Of a stretch of 64,000 bases of DNA, positions 26,201 through 41,200 are shown one piece after another. Source of the stretch: Phoronis australis (lineage: Eukaryota; Animalia; Phoronida); the NCBI GenBank assembly GCA_002633005.1, contig NMRA01000757.1, positions 30,990 through 94,989 on the forward strand, in the 5' to 3' direction. Numbering within the stretch: the stretch's first letter is position 1; each line of letters begins with the position of its first letter. A model generated the notes under the pieces. It had not been told where the DNA came from. It saw nothing but the letters and a program-made list of their open reading frames with translations, and did no database searches. Both the position numbers and the translations under genes were made by a program.

Positions 26201-29200
26201 AGTTAGAGAACAGAGCAATTTCTCGCTGATAGTAGAAGCAAGAAAACTGTGAAAGGACTATTTGAACCATGATATACTGACATATGTTGCAGTATTTTCA
26301 CTCTACAAGACTTCTAAAGTGGCGTTGAAAATAAATCACATTTTGCTTACTAAGATCTCATTGTTGACATAATCCGAATAGGACTTTAAGTAAACAAGGA
26401 ACAAACATAAACAAGGTAAGTTTTTACATTTAGCCTCAAAATTACGTACCATAAATTGTAGAGAAATTAGAACATTCCGCTCAGTGTATCAAGTCCTGCA
26501 TCCGAAAGTTGTGGCAGGCTACATTACAAGTTTGCAATGGTTGTGTTTAAGTTTCAGTTTAACGTTTGATTTACGGCAGTGATAAGCTGTCTGCTGTCTA
26601 TGTACGGCAGTGATAAGCTGTCTGCTGTCTATGTACGGCAGTGATAAGCTGTCTGCTGTCTATGAGTCAAATGTAATGAGCATTCGCTTATTTCAACTGT
26701 TGCATTTTTCTCATTTAAATTTCAAAGTTAATAATAAAATACCTCATGTCGACCACAACGGTATGGTTCAGTCAAAATCGACTCACATTTTGACAAAGAT
26801 ACGCCTGCATTTTTCAACAAGAGCAACGCAGAGCGTTGAAATGCGCCCACAATTGCACCGTATACGGTATCCTTCTAGGGTTGTTTATTGGTACCATAAA
26901 GTGGCCAGTAGAGGGCATATATGTAGTATGTTGTACTTTGCAAAATGGAAAGGCATGGTACTTGTCTCCTCAATAGGCTAGGGGCAAAATGTGAGTAATC
27001 TTCATAATACAAGCACATCCTATACACCAGTTGCTTAAAGCACCACAGAAACATAGAATTAAAAACAAATTTACCAACATACGAGATTAGCACAGCATTA
27101 GAATGCCAGAAACAAATTTCTACTTGGAACTTATCCTTCATAGTCACGAAGTAACACAAAGTACACACCTGAAGAAAATACAGAGGTCAATGTAAAATAC
27201 TAAAATTGCCACTAGAGGCAAATACTAAAATTGCCACTAGAGGAATACCGGTAGTCAGAATCATCCTAAAGTCGTCATCGTCCGTTGTCAACATCACATA
27301 AATACACTTGCTAAATTTAGTAAAGATCCTGCAAACGGTTTGGGAGATACAGCCATGGGCGCAAAAAAAACAAAACTACCAGTAGGAGGCGCCACAGTAG
27401 TCCAAATCATCTGAAAATCATTGTCAGCTGTCTTCCAATTTTCACAATCATCCTTTGAGCGGTTTGGTTGATAGAGGGGTGGACGCAAAAATACAGACTC
27501 GAAAACAGTAAAAATGGCCACTAGGTGGCGCAAACTATGTCGAATCCATCTGAAAACAGGAGGATAGCGTCATCTCACTAATAGGTGCCTACACACTAAA
27601 TTTCATGAAAATCCGTTCAGGACTTTTGAAGATACAAAGGTAAGCGTAAAAAACTAAAATTGCCACTAGGGGGCACACCGGTAGTCGGATCCGTCCGAAA
27701 GTTCGCACATGCCGTCCCATTCATGAATGGAACATATGTGCCAAATTTCATGAACGTATGTCAAAGGGTTTTGGAGATAGAGCAGCGGACGCCGGACAGA
27801 CGCCGCCCGGACGGACGGACGGAGATGACGGCATAATGCGTCCACATACAAATATGTGGGCGCATAAAAATTGTTCCATTGAAAGAACAGCACTGTCTGT
27901 GGCCTGGCATACAAATGGTGTCATCACCCTGGATAGAGTTACCAATTGGGCACTAGTATCCTAATTGACCAACCCTTGTGGAGTGAGTTCGGTCCCTGAG
28001 TGAAATGAATTACCTGGTTCGGCTGACCATTTCTTTACAATAGCTGTGGACAACTCCCTCAAAGCTTGCTGACCACTCAGTTTGATTAGTTGGGTAAGAA
28101 GCTGCAGCACAGCCATCCACATTGACCTACATCTGACTTGGATGTCCTGATTGGCTACAGAGTACAGATAGAGAGAAAAGATTGACAAGTGAGGCTCCGC
28201 CCTCAACACAGTGAACTACTGGCTGAGAATCCACTTCAAGTTCATGACTCAAGATAAGTTCTCTAATAACAAAGGCCTTCTCCTATGGATTTTCATCATT
28301 CTACTAGTATCCAGACAGCTCTAGCAATGCTTTGGCATTACAAGAAAATACGATTTAAGCACTCAGTCTCAGGCACATCAAAACATAATTATGTGAATTA
28401 GCCTTTTCATGCTACCGTATATTGCGTCACCATGACAAAACTACAAATAAAAATGGCCGATAGACGAAATTTTGAGTTTTCTTCTGTATCTGCTTTAGGG
28501 GTACATATCTGCCTCAGTACCAGAGGATATTCAATAAAGAAAAAATGTGAGGAACTGTTGATAGGAGTTATTTGAAATAACCGAGAATTTTTGCGGTGAT
28601 GAAAGTCAAGTAATAAGCCTAATCTACTCATTGCATTTGGCACTTACTGACTTCACTTCAACAGAGTAAGACGACTATTCACAAAATTTGACAACTCTTT
28701 GAAAACTAATGTAGAGACTCTTAATTTCTGTCACAAGGAAAAACGAATGAAATTCAAAGCTTCTGACTGCTTTCATGGAATTTAGGATTATTTCACTAGA
28801 AGAAACTATAATTGTAATATTTGTGGTTTTTATTAGAAAAATTAGCATAAACATTCAGATTGACCTAAATTTAGAACAGGCTTAGGAGAAAGGTGTTGCC
28901 TTCCTTTGCCTTCATGAAAATTGATCGTTATCACGTGTAACTGAACTGAAACGTATGCTTGATGAGATGAAATACACATTTTTGATGTTCAGAGGAGACT
29001 TGCTCTGTTACATAAGATAATGTGTTATTGCTGGCTAACAAAGTGAATGGTAGTTACAACTGATTCTGAATGTGAGTCGAGACACACTCCTACATCTTAT
29101 GTAACATTCTATGTTTTACACGCTGGTTATTATTTTAAAAGGCAACAGAAATCTCCGCAATAGTTTCTATTTTGAAAGACGACAATTAATTCAAACCATT

Positions 29201-32200
29201 TATTATTACCTGAGTAGTCAACAGTAAGTAAGGAGAGAAGACATCTGCAGACATCTGTGTTGTGCAATATATCTGTGCGAGTATGACTGTCAGCCGACGC
29301 CCACACGCAGAGCAAGTGAAGGATGTGTTCATGCATGTCAATCAAATGATGAAAGGCGTTTAGTAGGCGGGTCTTTGTCTGTTGGCATGACGATAGCTCA
29401 GTAATGTAGCCTTGAAGCACCTCACTGCTCAATAAACTGCAAGCAGGGAAGTGGCTTGTTGCAATATTCTTGACTAACAAGTAATAAGGTTGACAGTTGT
29501 ATAAATTTTTACTAAACGATTGTGTTTTGTCCAAATGTGACAGTGAAATATGTTGCAAAAAAAGTGACCAGCAATGACTGTGTACTCTATACTGGTCAAA
29601 ATTTAAGATAAAGCCATAGACAACAGCCAGGTCATGGTAGTAATTGTAGACTAGTAACTAGAGTGAACAAGTTTGATAAAGAAACTAACCACAGAAACAG
29701 TCAGCTAGTTTAACTCATTGACAGACCAATTTATGCCTTTCTTCGGTCAAAATTGTTTAATTGTGTTTAAAAACACAGTGACAGTGTCTTTTCAGATACG
29801 TTAAAAGTAGTTTGATATACATGACAAAGTAAAGATAGAAGTGGTATAATAGTAATTTTTATTTTAAACAAAAACAAATTACCTGAAAATGTACTGCAAC
29901 AACTCGTGCTGCCTTAAATGTGTCACGGTGTCCTCTGGGGCCAGTTTTACAAGGTTACGCATCAGTTGACATAGTGCGGAGATGAGGCCGGGCGAACTCA
30001 CTGTCTGATATTGGGGCTCTACTGAATGACTGATGTCACTATTGACATCACCTACAGTGAGATATGTAATGTATGGTAATGAACAAAGACACAGTACTCT
30101 AGATGAGGGATGGGGAGCTCACTGTCCGACTCAAACAGCAATTTGATCGCGGCCGATGACAAGGCAAATGTTTGGAGACCAAAGACAAGCAAATTGAAGA
30201 TTGGAGAATTTTTCGGATCGTTCAACTGCACAAAACTATTTGCAAAATAGTGATGAAATGTTAACAATAATTACAACACTTTTGAAAAACATTCGCAAAG
30301 CCTTGATTAACAATAACAAATAATTAAAACTCATGATATACTATAAACTATTAAAATTTAAAACCATGATTTACTGATAATTAGTTTTTGTGGAAGTAAT
30401 AACAGAACAAATTCACGTAATATAGAAACATTTTAATTTGCATTAGAATGAATAATTATTAGCGGTACGTAACTATATGTATATTATCAACAAGATATCA
30501 AAAATGAGTCAAAATATTTAAAAAATCAATTGAATGATTTAAAATTCATCATGAAGTCTTGCTCAGTGACTAGTGATAATATTGACGACATCAGAACAAC
30601 TCCCGTGTCTTCACACACATTGAATGTGAGTAGCCCACCCTGAACAGAGATTGTGGCCACAATCTTCCCGGCACCATCTACAGTCAACTGGTTGTCATGA
30701 TGGTACATCAGTCATCACTGAAGAAGTACCAGTAATAGGTTTGAAAGTTTTGATTTTTACACTAACTTTTTGGTAACTATCGTTATTAAATCATATAATT
30801 ATTTTAATTCACCTTGTACAGAGGTAGGTGAGTTTGTCCCTGTTGTCACGGTAGTGGGGGTCAGTTGTGGGCTGGACTGTGGTTGCCGTTGGATACTGTG
30901 GCGTGTTTCACCCAGGGTCTCTGGACGAACACCAGATGGCACTGTGGTTGGCTTTAAAATAAATTTAGCAAACTGTGCAATTGAACTCAAAAATGCAAAT
31001 GCACCAAGCAGCACAATCTACGACAACTAACAATTGTTCATTGTTCATATTGAACAGAGGGTTGATCATCTTATTTGGTCAATTGCAGGACAGTTTATGT
31101 TGGGTCAACTGCGTTATTTCCCTTTTGTTGTATGCACAGTACATTAAAACCACGGCAACAGTAATGTACAGTAAAATATATCCCTAAGATGACCTGGAAT
31201 TTACTTTTTACTAATTAAGGATGTCAAAAAAATTATTGGACTATATGTACTAAGCGCACGTAAATCCACTGCACAATAGAATGACTGGGTCAAGGTCTTG
31301 GTCCCAATAAAGCACTACATCAGTGAAAACTCGCATAAATTTCGAAAGTCATACTCACCCTAGTTTGATGTGGCGGAGAGTTGTCGTGGGTAACATTAAT
31401 TTGACCGTGAGTTGGACTGGGGTTTTCTGAATTGAAAACATTCGTATATGAATCCTTGGATTTTTTAATGAAAACATGACAGTATAATAATATGTACAAC
31501 CAGCGATATAGGCTTAAATGGTCAACAGGATGATGATGAAAGCTTTTTAATAAAAATAATATATAAATATATACAAGCATTTCAGTCAGTGCCGACAGAA
31601 AGAATATTATAATAAAAAATGGATGACAGGAAATACACTTTCATATTCTCTCAACTTCCAACGATGCTCCATGAGTATTAAATCAGCAAGCACACGATAT
31701 GGCCGACAAGTGAAATTTCACTTCATCAAATTTCTTCACAAAAACAAAGACTAAAATTAGAAATTTGAAAATGGCACATGTACGCATTGCCTGCCACTTG
31801 AATTGGCAATTGAAATAGAATCTTATCACGGTAAGGAATCTCATGAGACCAATTTTATGGCAGTAGAAATCCAAATTCAATTTTTGCCATTTAGCAACTT
31901 ACACACTCAGTTAGAAACTGGGGCAGCTTTAAGATTTTGCCAAAATGATGAGTAATAACCCATCGCCGACTACAAGAGGACTGGCCAAGAAGGACAAGTG
32001 GAATTTGCTCGATTACTGTTGGCATATTTTGTAGTAAGTAACTCACCTGATGTGGTCAGAGTGTTTTCAGACACAACCGGAGTGACTACAGGTGATAATG
32101 TGGCCACATTGATGGTGTGTATGGCTGGTTGTGGGCAGTAGTTGGACAGTACAGTAACCACTTCTGGATAGAAGTTTGTGTGTTCAAGAAGAACCAGCAA

Positions 32201-35200
32201 GGCCACTAGTCCGGTCAGTTGAACCTAGAAAGTACAGAAATGCCAACTTGTGGTACTTATAGCAGTGGAATACTGAAATACACTGTTGCTAAAGGGTTAT
32301 GGAGTAATTGCTGGAAAAAACCGTTAAGCACCATGAGTTATAATTGTAGACTGAGATTAAAGAAGTGTAGATTTTAGCATCAGTTATTAATTCTTAGATC
32401 ATCAAGCAGAAAAATTGCCATGTAATGGGATGATCAAATGATTCGCAAAATGGTCAAAAACGCAATCACAAAACATCGCTGGATGAAAGAAAATTTTTTT
32501 TTCATACTTTCAATTCATTTATCAATGGTAAAACAAGAATAACCATTAGATGACACCCAATCAGTGCATTGCCTCAACAAATTCACCCCCATATTTACTC
32601 CTTTTCCCACTCTCAGACTAACAGGCAACAAACAGACAATGTGTCCAACTCTCAGACTAACACAGGCAACAAACAGACAATGTGTCCAACTCTCAGACTA
32701 ACACAGGCAACAAACAGACAATGTGTCCAACTGTCAGACAAACACAGACAACAAACAGACAGTGTGTCCAACTCTCAGACTAACACAGGCAACCAACAGG
32801 CAATGTGTGCAACTCTCATACTAACACAGACAACAAACAGACAATGTGTCCAACTCTCAGACTAACACAGACAACAAACAGACAATGTGTCCAACTCTCA
32901 GACTAACACAGGCAACCAACAGGCAATGTGTGCAACTCTCATACTAACACAGACAACAAACAGACAATGTGTCCAACTCTCAGACTAACACAGACAACAA
33001 ACAGACAACGTGTCCAACTCTCAGTCTGCCAGACAACACTAAATTCAAACTGTGGTCTCGCAAGCGAGAGTCCACATTCTAAAGCACAGTCCAAATTCTA
33101 AAGCACAGTCCACATTCTAAAGCACAGTCCACATTCTAAAGCACAGTCCACATTCTAAAGCACAGTTTAACCACTTTGCCCACCACGCACATCATCATCC
33201 TTGTGCTTAATGACTGGTCCTTCTTCATCTGTCAGGCACAGAGTGGTCAAGTTGACCAATAGGAGAGCAGCCTATAAAATACCGAGAACATAACAAGGAT
33301 TATTGATAACTAAACAATAGGAAAACATCAATAACTTTTTGTAAAAATACTCTCCTTTGTCTAGAGGTCAGAATGTTGATCTCCAAACAGCTGGATCTCA
33401 ACACATGACTAACAAGGTAACAGTGTTACTATACATTACATTTGAGAACCATACAATGTCCATCACATAGTGAACTTGGTTAAAATAGGAACTCTGTAAG
33501 CGGATCAAGCAACTAGTCTAGGTCATTGGAGAACAAACTTTAAGTTGCTGGACTTGAGTTTGGCCAATAAGACGGTTAAAATTAAACCAAATTTTTGTGT
33601 GTAATGCATCAAAACATGATCTGTGTTCCCGGTGTAAAAATACATCAAGCAGTGTGTTCTTGCATTCTCTAACAATAATCGTGGAAATATTTATTATAAT
33701 CAATGTCCCCGGAAAAGTTCAAAACATTGGCAATCAAATGTCCAAGTGTTTCCGAAAAAATTCAAAACTTTGTGAAATTTTGTAAAATCTTGTTTGGTTT
33801 CAAATTCAAACAATTAAAAACTAGTCAAAAATTGTTGAAAAAAGAATTCAGCGATTTTAAAATGGCATAGAATGTGAAAAACTTGATCTCAGCCACTGAA
33901 ACAGAAATCCAACAATAACAACTTCAAGCAGCAGCTGGTTTGACTTCTTTGAGTGGATGCGCGTATATATATCATTAGGGACGGAGAAACTGCAATGGGA
34001 TGAAAGAATTTACATTTCTCAGGTGCTTTAACAATACTGAATCTCACAATTCTTTCTAGAAATTATTGCAATATTCAAATTGAATAACTCTCACAGTAGG
34101 ATATCCAAGAAGTAGCTTGGTCAGAATCAGTTTAAAAGGTAATACGTTTTCGTGTTGCATGCCTGTTTGAGCCACAACATTAAGACATTGCTAACAGACA
34201 TGTGGAAGTAACACAAATCGTTCCTACCTGTTGTCTAACAAAGCTACACTCAGTGACGCTGAGTAACACAGTGATGGCCACACCCCAGATACCACCAGAG
34301 ATCTCTCGACACTGTTCACATACAGTTCTGCAGCCAGTTAATGAACTAGTCAATGCCACAGTGAGACACAAACCGGCTGCGCGAACCTGCAGACAAGATA
34401 GACAGCAAAATTGAAAGTCACTTAAAGGATAAAATCATGGTTACCAGCCTTGAGACTAAAATAAGAAAAAAAGTGGTAAAAACATTCCAGGAGTTACTGA
34501 CGCAAAAGATGTCTGTGTGTGAGTGGTGCTCACAAATGTCCCCGTGCCAACGAGAAAGAAACAGCGTCCGAAACGTCTCAGCTTTTAGTTCAATTACACC
34601 CATTATCTTGCCTACTTCACTAAGCTTTATTTAAGCAACAACACTTACACAGCAAGCTGACCCTCTTTGTTGGATTTAAGAATAAGAAATCAGCATGGCA
34701 AACACACTAATTTTCAACAAAGGCAAACCTTGTTAAAAGTAACATAGCTTTTTTAAAGCAATTATGGAAAAACAAAAAATAATTTGAAAATTTGTCAAAA
34801 CTTTTTCAAAAGATTTCCCTCATTTTCAACAGGAAGAGATTCTGTCAACTTTTAGAATAAAAGCAGCACCGGGCTAGGTCACTACCTCAGAGTTCCACTA
34901 TGAGACACTGTAAATTGGAAACTTTGTAACAAATCTATGCAGCAGACAATGCAGTCGTATATTCAATCATTATTGTCTGCAAGCAGGACTGTCTAACTGT
35001 CACCATTAATACCAATAACACCCACTGTACACAGTCACCCTAAAGATGTACTGTCTAGCTGCCTCATTATTCTGATATCACCCCTAAGTTATACTGTCCA
35101 GCTACCCTGTTATTCTAATAACACCCTGAAGTTGTACTGTCCAGCTACCCCATTACTCTAATAACAGCCTGAAGTTGTACAGTCTAACTGCTCCATTATT

Positions 35201-38200
35201 CTGATATCACCCTAAAGTTGTACTTAAAAGCTACCCCTTTATTCTGATAACACCCTGAATTTGTACTGTCTAGCTTCCCCGTTATTCTGGTATCTGATAG
35301 CACCTCCGAAAGTTCTACTGTCTAGCTACCCCCTCATTCTGATAACACCCTGCAGTTGCACTGTCTAGCTGCCCTGTTATTCTGATACCACCTCCGAAAG
35401 TTGTACTGTCTAGCTACCCTGTTATTCTGATAACATCCTAAAGTTGTGCTATCCAGCAATCCACAACTTGAATTTCTAACTCTGTACCAAATGTGAACTG
35501 GTACAACAAACATTACCTCGGGGTCTCTGTAGGTCCAGAGTGGAAAAAGCCAGTTGAAGCCATCATCAGCGGGCACGTTGTCACCCGTTGGTCTCTTGTA
35601 CAGCCAATGTGTGGACCAGTCCTGCACAACAAGAAACAACTAATAAAAGGACCACATGATTCATGTCATCAGATATTTCAAAGATTACCTAAAATCTCAG
35701 ACATCAAACTTCTTAAGGCAGTAAGAATTCAGATGAGTTGCATACATTCCATTTTTGTAGTGACCTCTAGCAAGTGAGTGGCTAAAAAGGCTTAATCTAT
35801 CTAGGTTTCCTATGATCACCATAAAATGTAACATTATTAAATTTTACGTTGATAAATAAATGCTTTTTATTGTCATAACTGACATCATCATTATTATGTC
35901 TACAAACTACTGTTATTACATTGGCCCAGTCTACAGATCCAAGACACTCGCAAAAAGCAACATCACGCAACACTTCACGAGACATTGCCATGCATTATGA
36001 GTGATGAGCTTTGTCACACTTGATTTTCTCACCAAAGTCTCATGTCTACTGCACTAAGCCCTTTTTCAGAATCTTAAGATGTAAGCCAGCACAAAAATTG
36101 TGGAATAATTTCCAAGAAAACAATAAACGGAACCCAAATTAACGATAAACAGATGACATAAATCACAAATACTTTTTAGTACGACAAAACTCAAGTAATT
36201 TTTTATGAAGACTTTATCGCTAGTGCTGAAGTCATCTCTACAGCTCTTCAATACAGAACAATACTTCAAGTGTAAGAGAAACTGTAAAAAGGTACCCACC
36301 TTGTCGTCTGCTATCCTTGCCATTTCATGCGCCACATGAAGGAGGCAGACGGCAGCACACCTGGTAACTCCCTTGCCCATGAATGACATGGTGGTAGAGC
36401 CACGGCCCAGGTGGAAGGCAGAGAGCACCTCAAGCAAGGATTGTAGCATCTCCACACACAGGCTGTGACTGTCCAGTGTGGTACAGTCAGCGCTCCAACC
36501 ACGTCTGCCGAGGTAAGATGGAATTTATGAAGCCTTGGTGAATGACGTAGGTGTTTATTACAACAGGCATATGTGCTAACATTTTGAGAAACACTTAAAG
36601 CTAGGAAACGCCAAAGACACCTAGTGTTCCAGCACATGCAGCTTCTGGCAAAAACATTTAATGAAGGACCTTCTCTAGCGAGTCCAGGTTATGGAAGAGA
36701 TGCGCATCAGTGATAAGGAAATCTAGCATCTTACGATGTTAAGGACATCATTAATTCTAAAATCCAACACAGTGATAATTAATCGAAGTCAAAGTCGCAA
36801 CTGAAATGTTGTCAGTGGTGCATCTTCTTGTCAATGTCACTGGGAATCCATTCTCAAAGAACACCACATAACAATTGTATTTTCGAGGTACCATCGTCTC
36901 TAGCGAGGCGGAGTTACACAACTGAGATCCGTGCTAGACACACTCAAAAATGCCTGCTCGAAATCATGAGTGACAGCATATCCTGCAAACGTAATTCCAA
37001 ATTTGGACTCGTAAAAAGTGATACCAAATAAAAAAACAACAAACATCTGCCCAGCACCACCTGGTTCTACTCGTACTTTACTTTTAATTTTTCTACTCAT
37101 ATTTTCGAGCATGACAAGCCATGTGAGATACATCAGCGACGTCAAGACCTCTCTCATGACAAACCATCCCCCCATACCTTGCAGTAACATGCATGAGGCA
37201 GTCCAGTGTCCTTTCAAGTGAGGCCAGATTATAAAAGTGAGGCGCATCAGCGACCTCGAGGCGATGAATGAGCTGACGGGCCAGATCACCTGATACAACA
37301 TGGCTGAATGCACTGGAAATAGAACGACGTAAATAAACGTGATAGACTGAACCTAGGTGAGGAAACACAGCATAAGTCAATAAAACATTACACTACGCCA
37401 GTTCAGGGCTAACCAATGATAAGAAGACCGTACCTGTGTACAAAAGCTCGGGCCTGCAAACACAAAACATCACTCCTGAAAAACAGGAATCGACTGAGCA
37501 CAGTTTATGTGACAGTCCAAGGTCTCATGTTTCGGTTATAGCATTGTAATATTAAATTCAAGGTTAAAGCCTGTATTTCTAAGTCTAGGCTTTCAGTTAA
37601 CCATACGTAGTTTTCACAAAGTTCATTAGCCCAGCAGTTTGTCTACAGTAATCTAACTTATATGAATTTGGAACAACTGTCAACTACAGTGATTGATAAG
37701 TAGTTAAATTTCTAACATCACTGGTGAAGGATATCATACAGGGGGAAGGAAGAATGTCAGCATAAGAAAAAAGAGGCAAACCAAAGGCTTTTTCAGTCAT
37801 GCACCAATAGGTTCGTGCAAACGTGCCTATGAATATAATGGTAAGTTTGAACACCACACAACCGATAAAAGAACGCAGTCAGATCATTATCACTGAACTA
37901 ATCAAAATTACCTTGATGTTAACGAATATGGAGCTGTAGTGACCACACTTTTTACAAGTGTGAGAGTTTCTTTACTGACCATCCTAGAATAGAAAGGCAA
38001 CAAGCCACCTGACAAGTGACAAATATCGGCATACATTCACTACTCTATGTAGCTTCATCACTTTCTTAGTTAAAACATACTTCTAATTTATGTACACTTG
38101 AGTTTAATTGGCAAGATTGCTGCATTTCTTTTTCTTTCATATTTGTACCATTCATAGTCATTTCAAATTAACAAAAACAAATATAAGTACCTTTCAAGGC

Positions 38201-41200
38201 TCTTACGTCACGTTTTACAGAATTTTAAAATTCTATAAATCGTGCAAGTTAAAAGGAATTTCACAGTGGCACCTACCTGCCATATTTCTTGAATAACTCA
38301 TCATTTTCACCAACCCCGTGTTGCCCATTGCTGGTGCTCTCACCAATCAGCTGAAGCATGGGGCCAGGTCGGGTCATGACCTCTGACAACCAGGTCACCA
38401 TTTTGTTGTCAGGGAAATGGCCCAAGGTCAGGCGCAAGGACAGCACAGAGGCAATTTGTGAAAGCAGATTTTTGTCGGCAGCTGAAGATGGCGTTGTGCA
38501 AAGGAACCTTAGAAATAATTTATATTTAATTACTTGTTCATCGAAGTCAAGTTGCCACCACTTTAAAGAGTAAAGTGTTGACAGAAGTTAATTAATTAAT
38601 TTAAATCATAAAACACTTCAAAATCATACTATACGCAGAAAAAGGCCAAAGTACAAATCAAAAGACAAAAAATGTGCATATGTTGTATCCAACCAGACAG
38701 AGATTTATTAAAAAAGTAGCTTAGCTGTAAAACAGAGTGTATAGACTAATATAGCCATATAGCGATCGGATTAAAGCTTAGGTGTAAAACAGAGTGTACA
38801 CACTAATATATCCATACCGATATAGGATTAAAGCCCAAGTAAAAATTACGAACTTTGCTATATGATACAAGATGATATAGCACTTCCATCCCATACACAC
38901 TGTCACATTACAACTGGCAAGTATTACATACAAACTGTCACATTACAACTGGCAAGTATTACACACAAACTGTCACATTACAACTGGCAAGTATTACACA
39001 ACGACCATAGATTCAAGGAGAGAGTCATCCCTGAGGTGCACAGACCTGTTAAAAGCTTGCTTCCACTGTTCTCCATCAACATGACAAGGGCTACCAGACC
39101 CAAAGGAGCTCACAACGTACATTCTGAGCCTTGACAGAGCGTCAGTGACATGTATGTGTGATGTGGCGTTCATGATGGCATAGAGCGACTGCAAGATGCC
39201 ATCGTCGCGGTGACTGACGCGTATGATCATAGTGTCCTCTGGTGTGAGACGTAGTTTGTCGCTGAATCTAACACAGAAAAGAAATTAACAAAGAAACTAA
39301 ATTATGTGATGCAGTTTCAAAAAACAACTTTGAAGAAACTAAAGAAAATAGTGAAAAAACTATGAAGTCAATGGTCTTCCATATGATTATGAACTGGTAC
39401 AGTTAAAACATGGAAAAATTTTAATCTCAAATTATTCAGTGAGGTTTTGCCATAACCTAGACATAAAAAGGCACACAAATTAACCAATTACTCATAACCA
39501 TATGTTTATTACAAAAACTACATTGTATGTGCTAAACATTTGCTGATATTTAAAAATAATTTCAATTACAAAAAACATGATGCCAGATAAAAACCCAAGG
39601 GTGTATTATATTTTTTTTAATACCATCTTCACACCATACCCCGATGTCTGTAACACGTGATCCTCGTTCCTGTGGATATCCCGTAGCAATTCGTCCATGT
39701 CGTTATGCCATGACACATTCCACAGGTGGCGCACCAGTTGAGCAGCACTCCCGCCTACAACTGTGTCCACGGTAGGCTCAACAAGAATCGCATGCCTGCT
39801 TGTGATGTCATGGATTGGAGGCTTGAATGGTAGTTTGTATCTAGAACACAAGAATTAGTAAATTGCTAAGAAAAATGAGATAAAAGCCTCACTGAGCACA
39901 ATCTCTGAAAATCACGGCATTACTCCATGCTTTGGGATGGAACTGTAAGAAGCAGGAAGTAGGTCAAATAATAGACAAATTCTAGCAAATACGACATATT
40001 GTACATCAACAGTAACAGCTATTTCAAACAGAAAATCTATGGACTTTAGAACCTTAGATTAGTGTAGTTCACAAATACGTTATCAAACGGGCAATAACAA
40101 AGTTGTGATCAGGGGGTGCCATGGTGCTCCATATATCGGTTGGCACAAACAATCCCCAACCTGATGATGTTAGGACGCCCTCCTTCGGAAGACAAAATTT
40201 ATGGTCTGTACAAATTACTTACCGTGTGGTGAGTAAAGACGGCAGACTAAACGGCACACTGTCAGGTCTGAAATAAGCAATAAATGATGAAAAATCCTTC
40301 ATCAATCCTTGGCTTAGTAACCTCAACATAAACCATCTTGGAAAGAAGACAACATAGCTAATACAAAACAAAATTTCAGACGATAACTTTCAAAGATTTA
40401 GAAAATGCTCAGAATTAGGTACGACAAAACAATGAAAGTGTGAAAAGCAACCACTTGTGGTAATTCTAAGAATAATTAAGCTTCTTTTTGTTGTAAAATC
40501 CTAAAACTCCAATGCCTGTAATGTTTCAGTAAGTCACTTATTGTAAAAAAGACTCAGACTGCATTGAACTCACAGTGCAAGGGAATGAGTCACATCACAG
40601 AAAACCAGGAAAGCTAGCACGTGGGCAGTCTCCAAACGGCAGCGCTCGTTGGAACGCAGCATCACACCACCTAGTGGAAAAACAGAAAGCTACTGTGAAG
40701 GTGAGTTAATGATGGAAACACTTAAATTGACGAAGAGTGGTCGTTTACAAAAAAAATCAAAAATGAAACTTTTCACGAGATAAGAAGATCAAAGGTTAAA
40801 CAGCTATCCACATTAAGGTAATGAGATCACAAAATGTTGAGAATTTTGCGATAATTTCTAAAAAGAGTTTTAAATACTTACATCGTACCACAGTATAATA
40901 GATATTGTGTTGTCTAGACAACGTGCGACGCAGACTGGGACTGTTCTGCAGTAGATAGCGTAACACTCTCATACAGGCAGGTGTGTGACTTGTCCAGACC
41001 TACAAGGCATGGGCGATAAACAAACTATAGGCCCTTTCATATTTACTTAACTCCGGTCTGAGCGGAGCGTCGACGTAAGCAGCGCAGTTAACTGGGCCGT
41101 TCATACTGGCTTCGGCAGTTAATGACCATCGAAGTAAAAGGTTGGTGACGCTGACGTCATCGAAGTTATCGCAAGGTAGCGCTGCACGCTAAGATTTTTT

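Noticed and set aside
38994-39045. Apparent premature stop after RTTN exon 39267 (ORF track reads ...SMVVV*)
   Set aside because: The true donor is AACAG|GTCTGT at 39046, which restores WKQAFNRFL in frame; RTTN is not a pseudogene.
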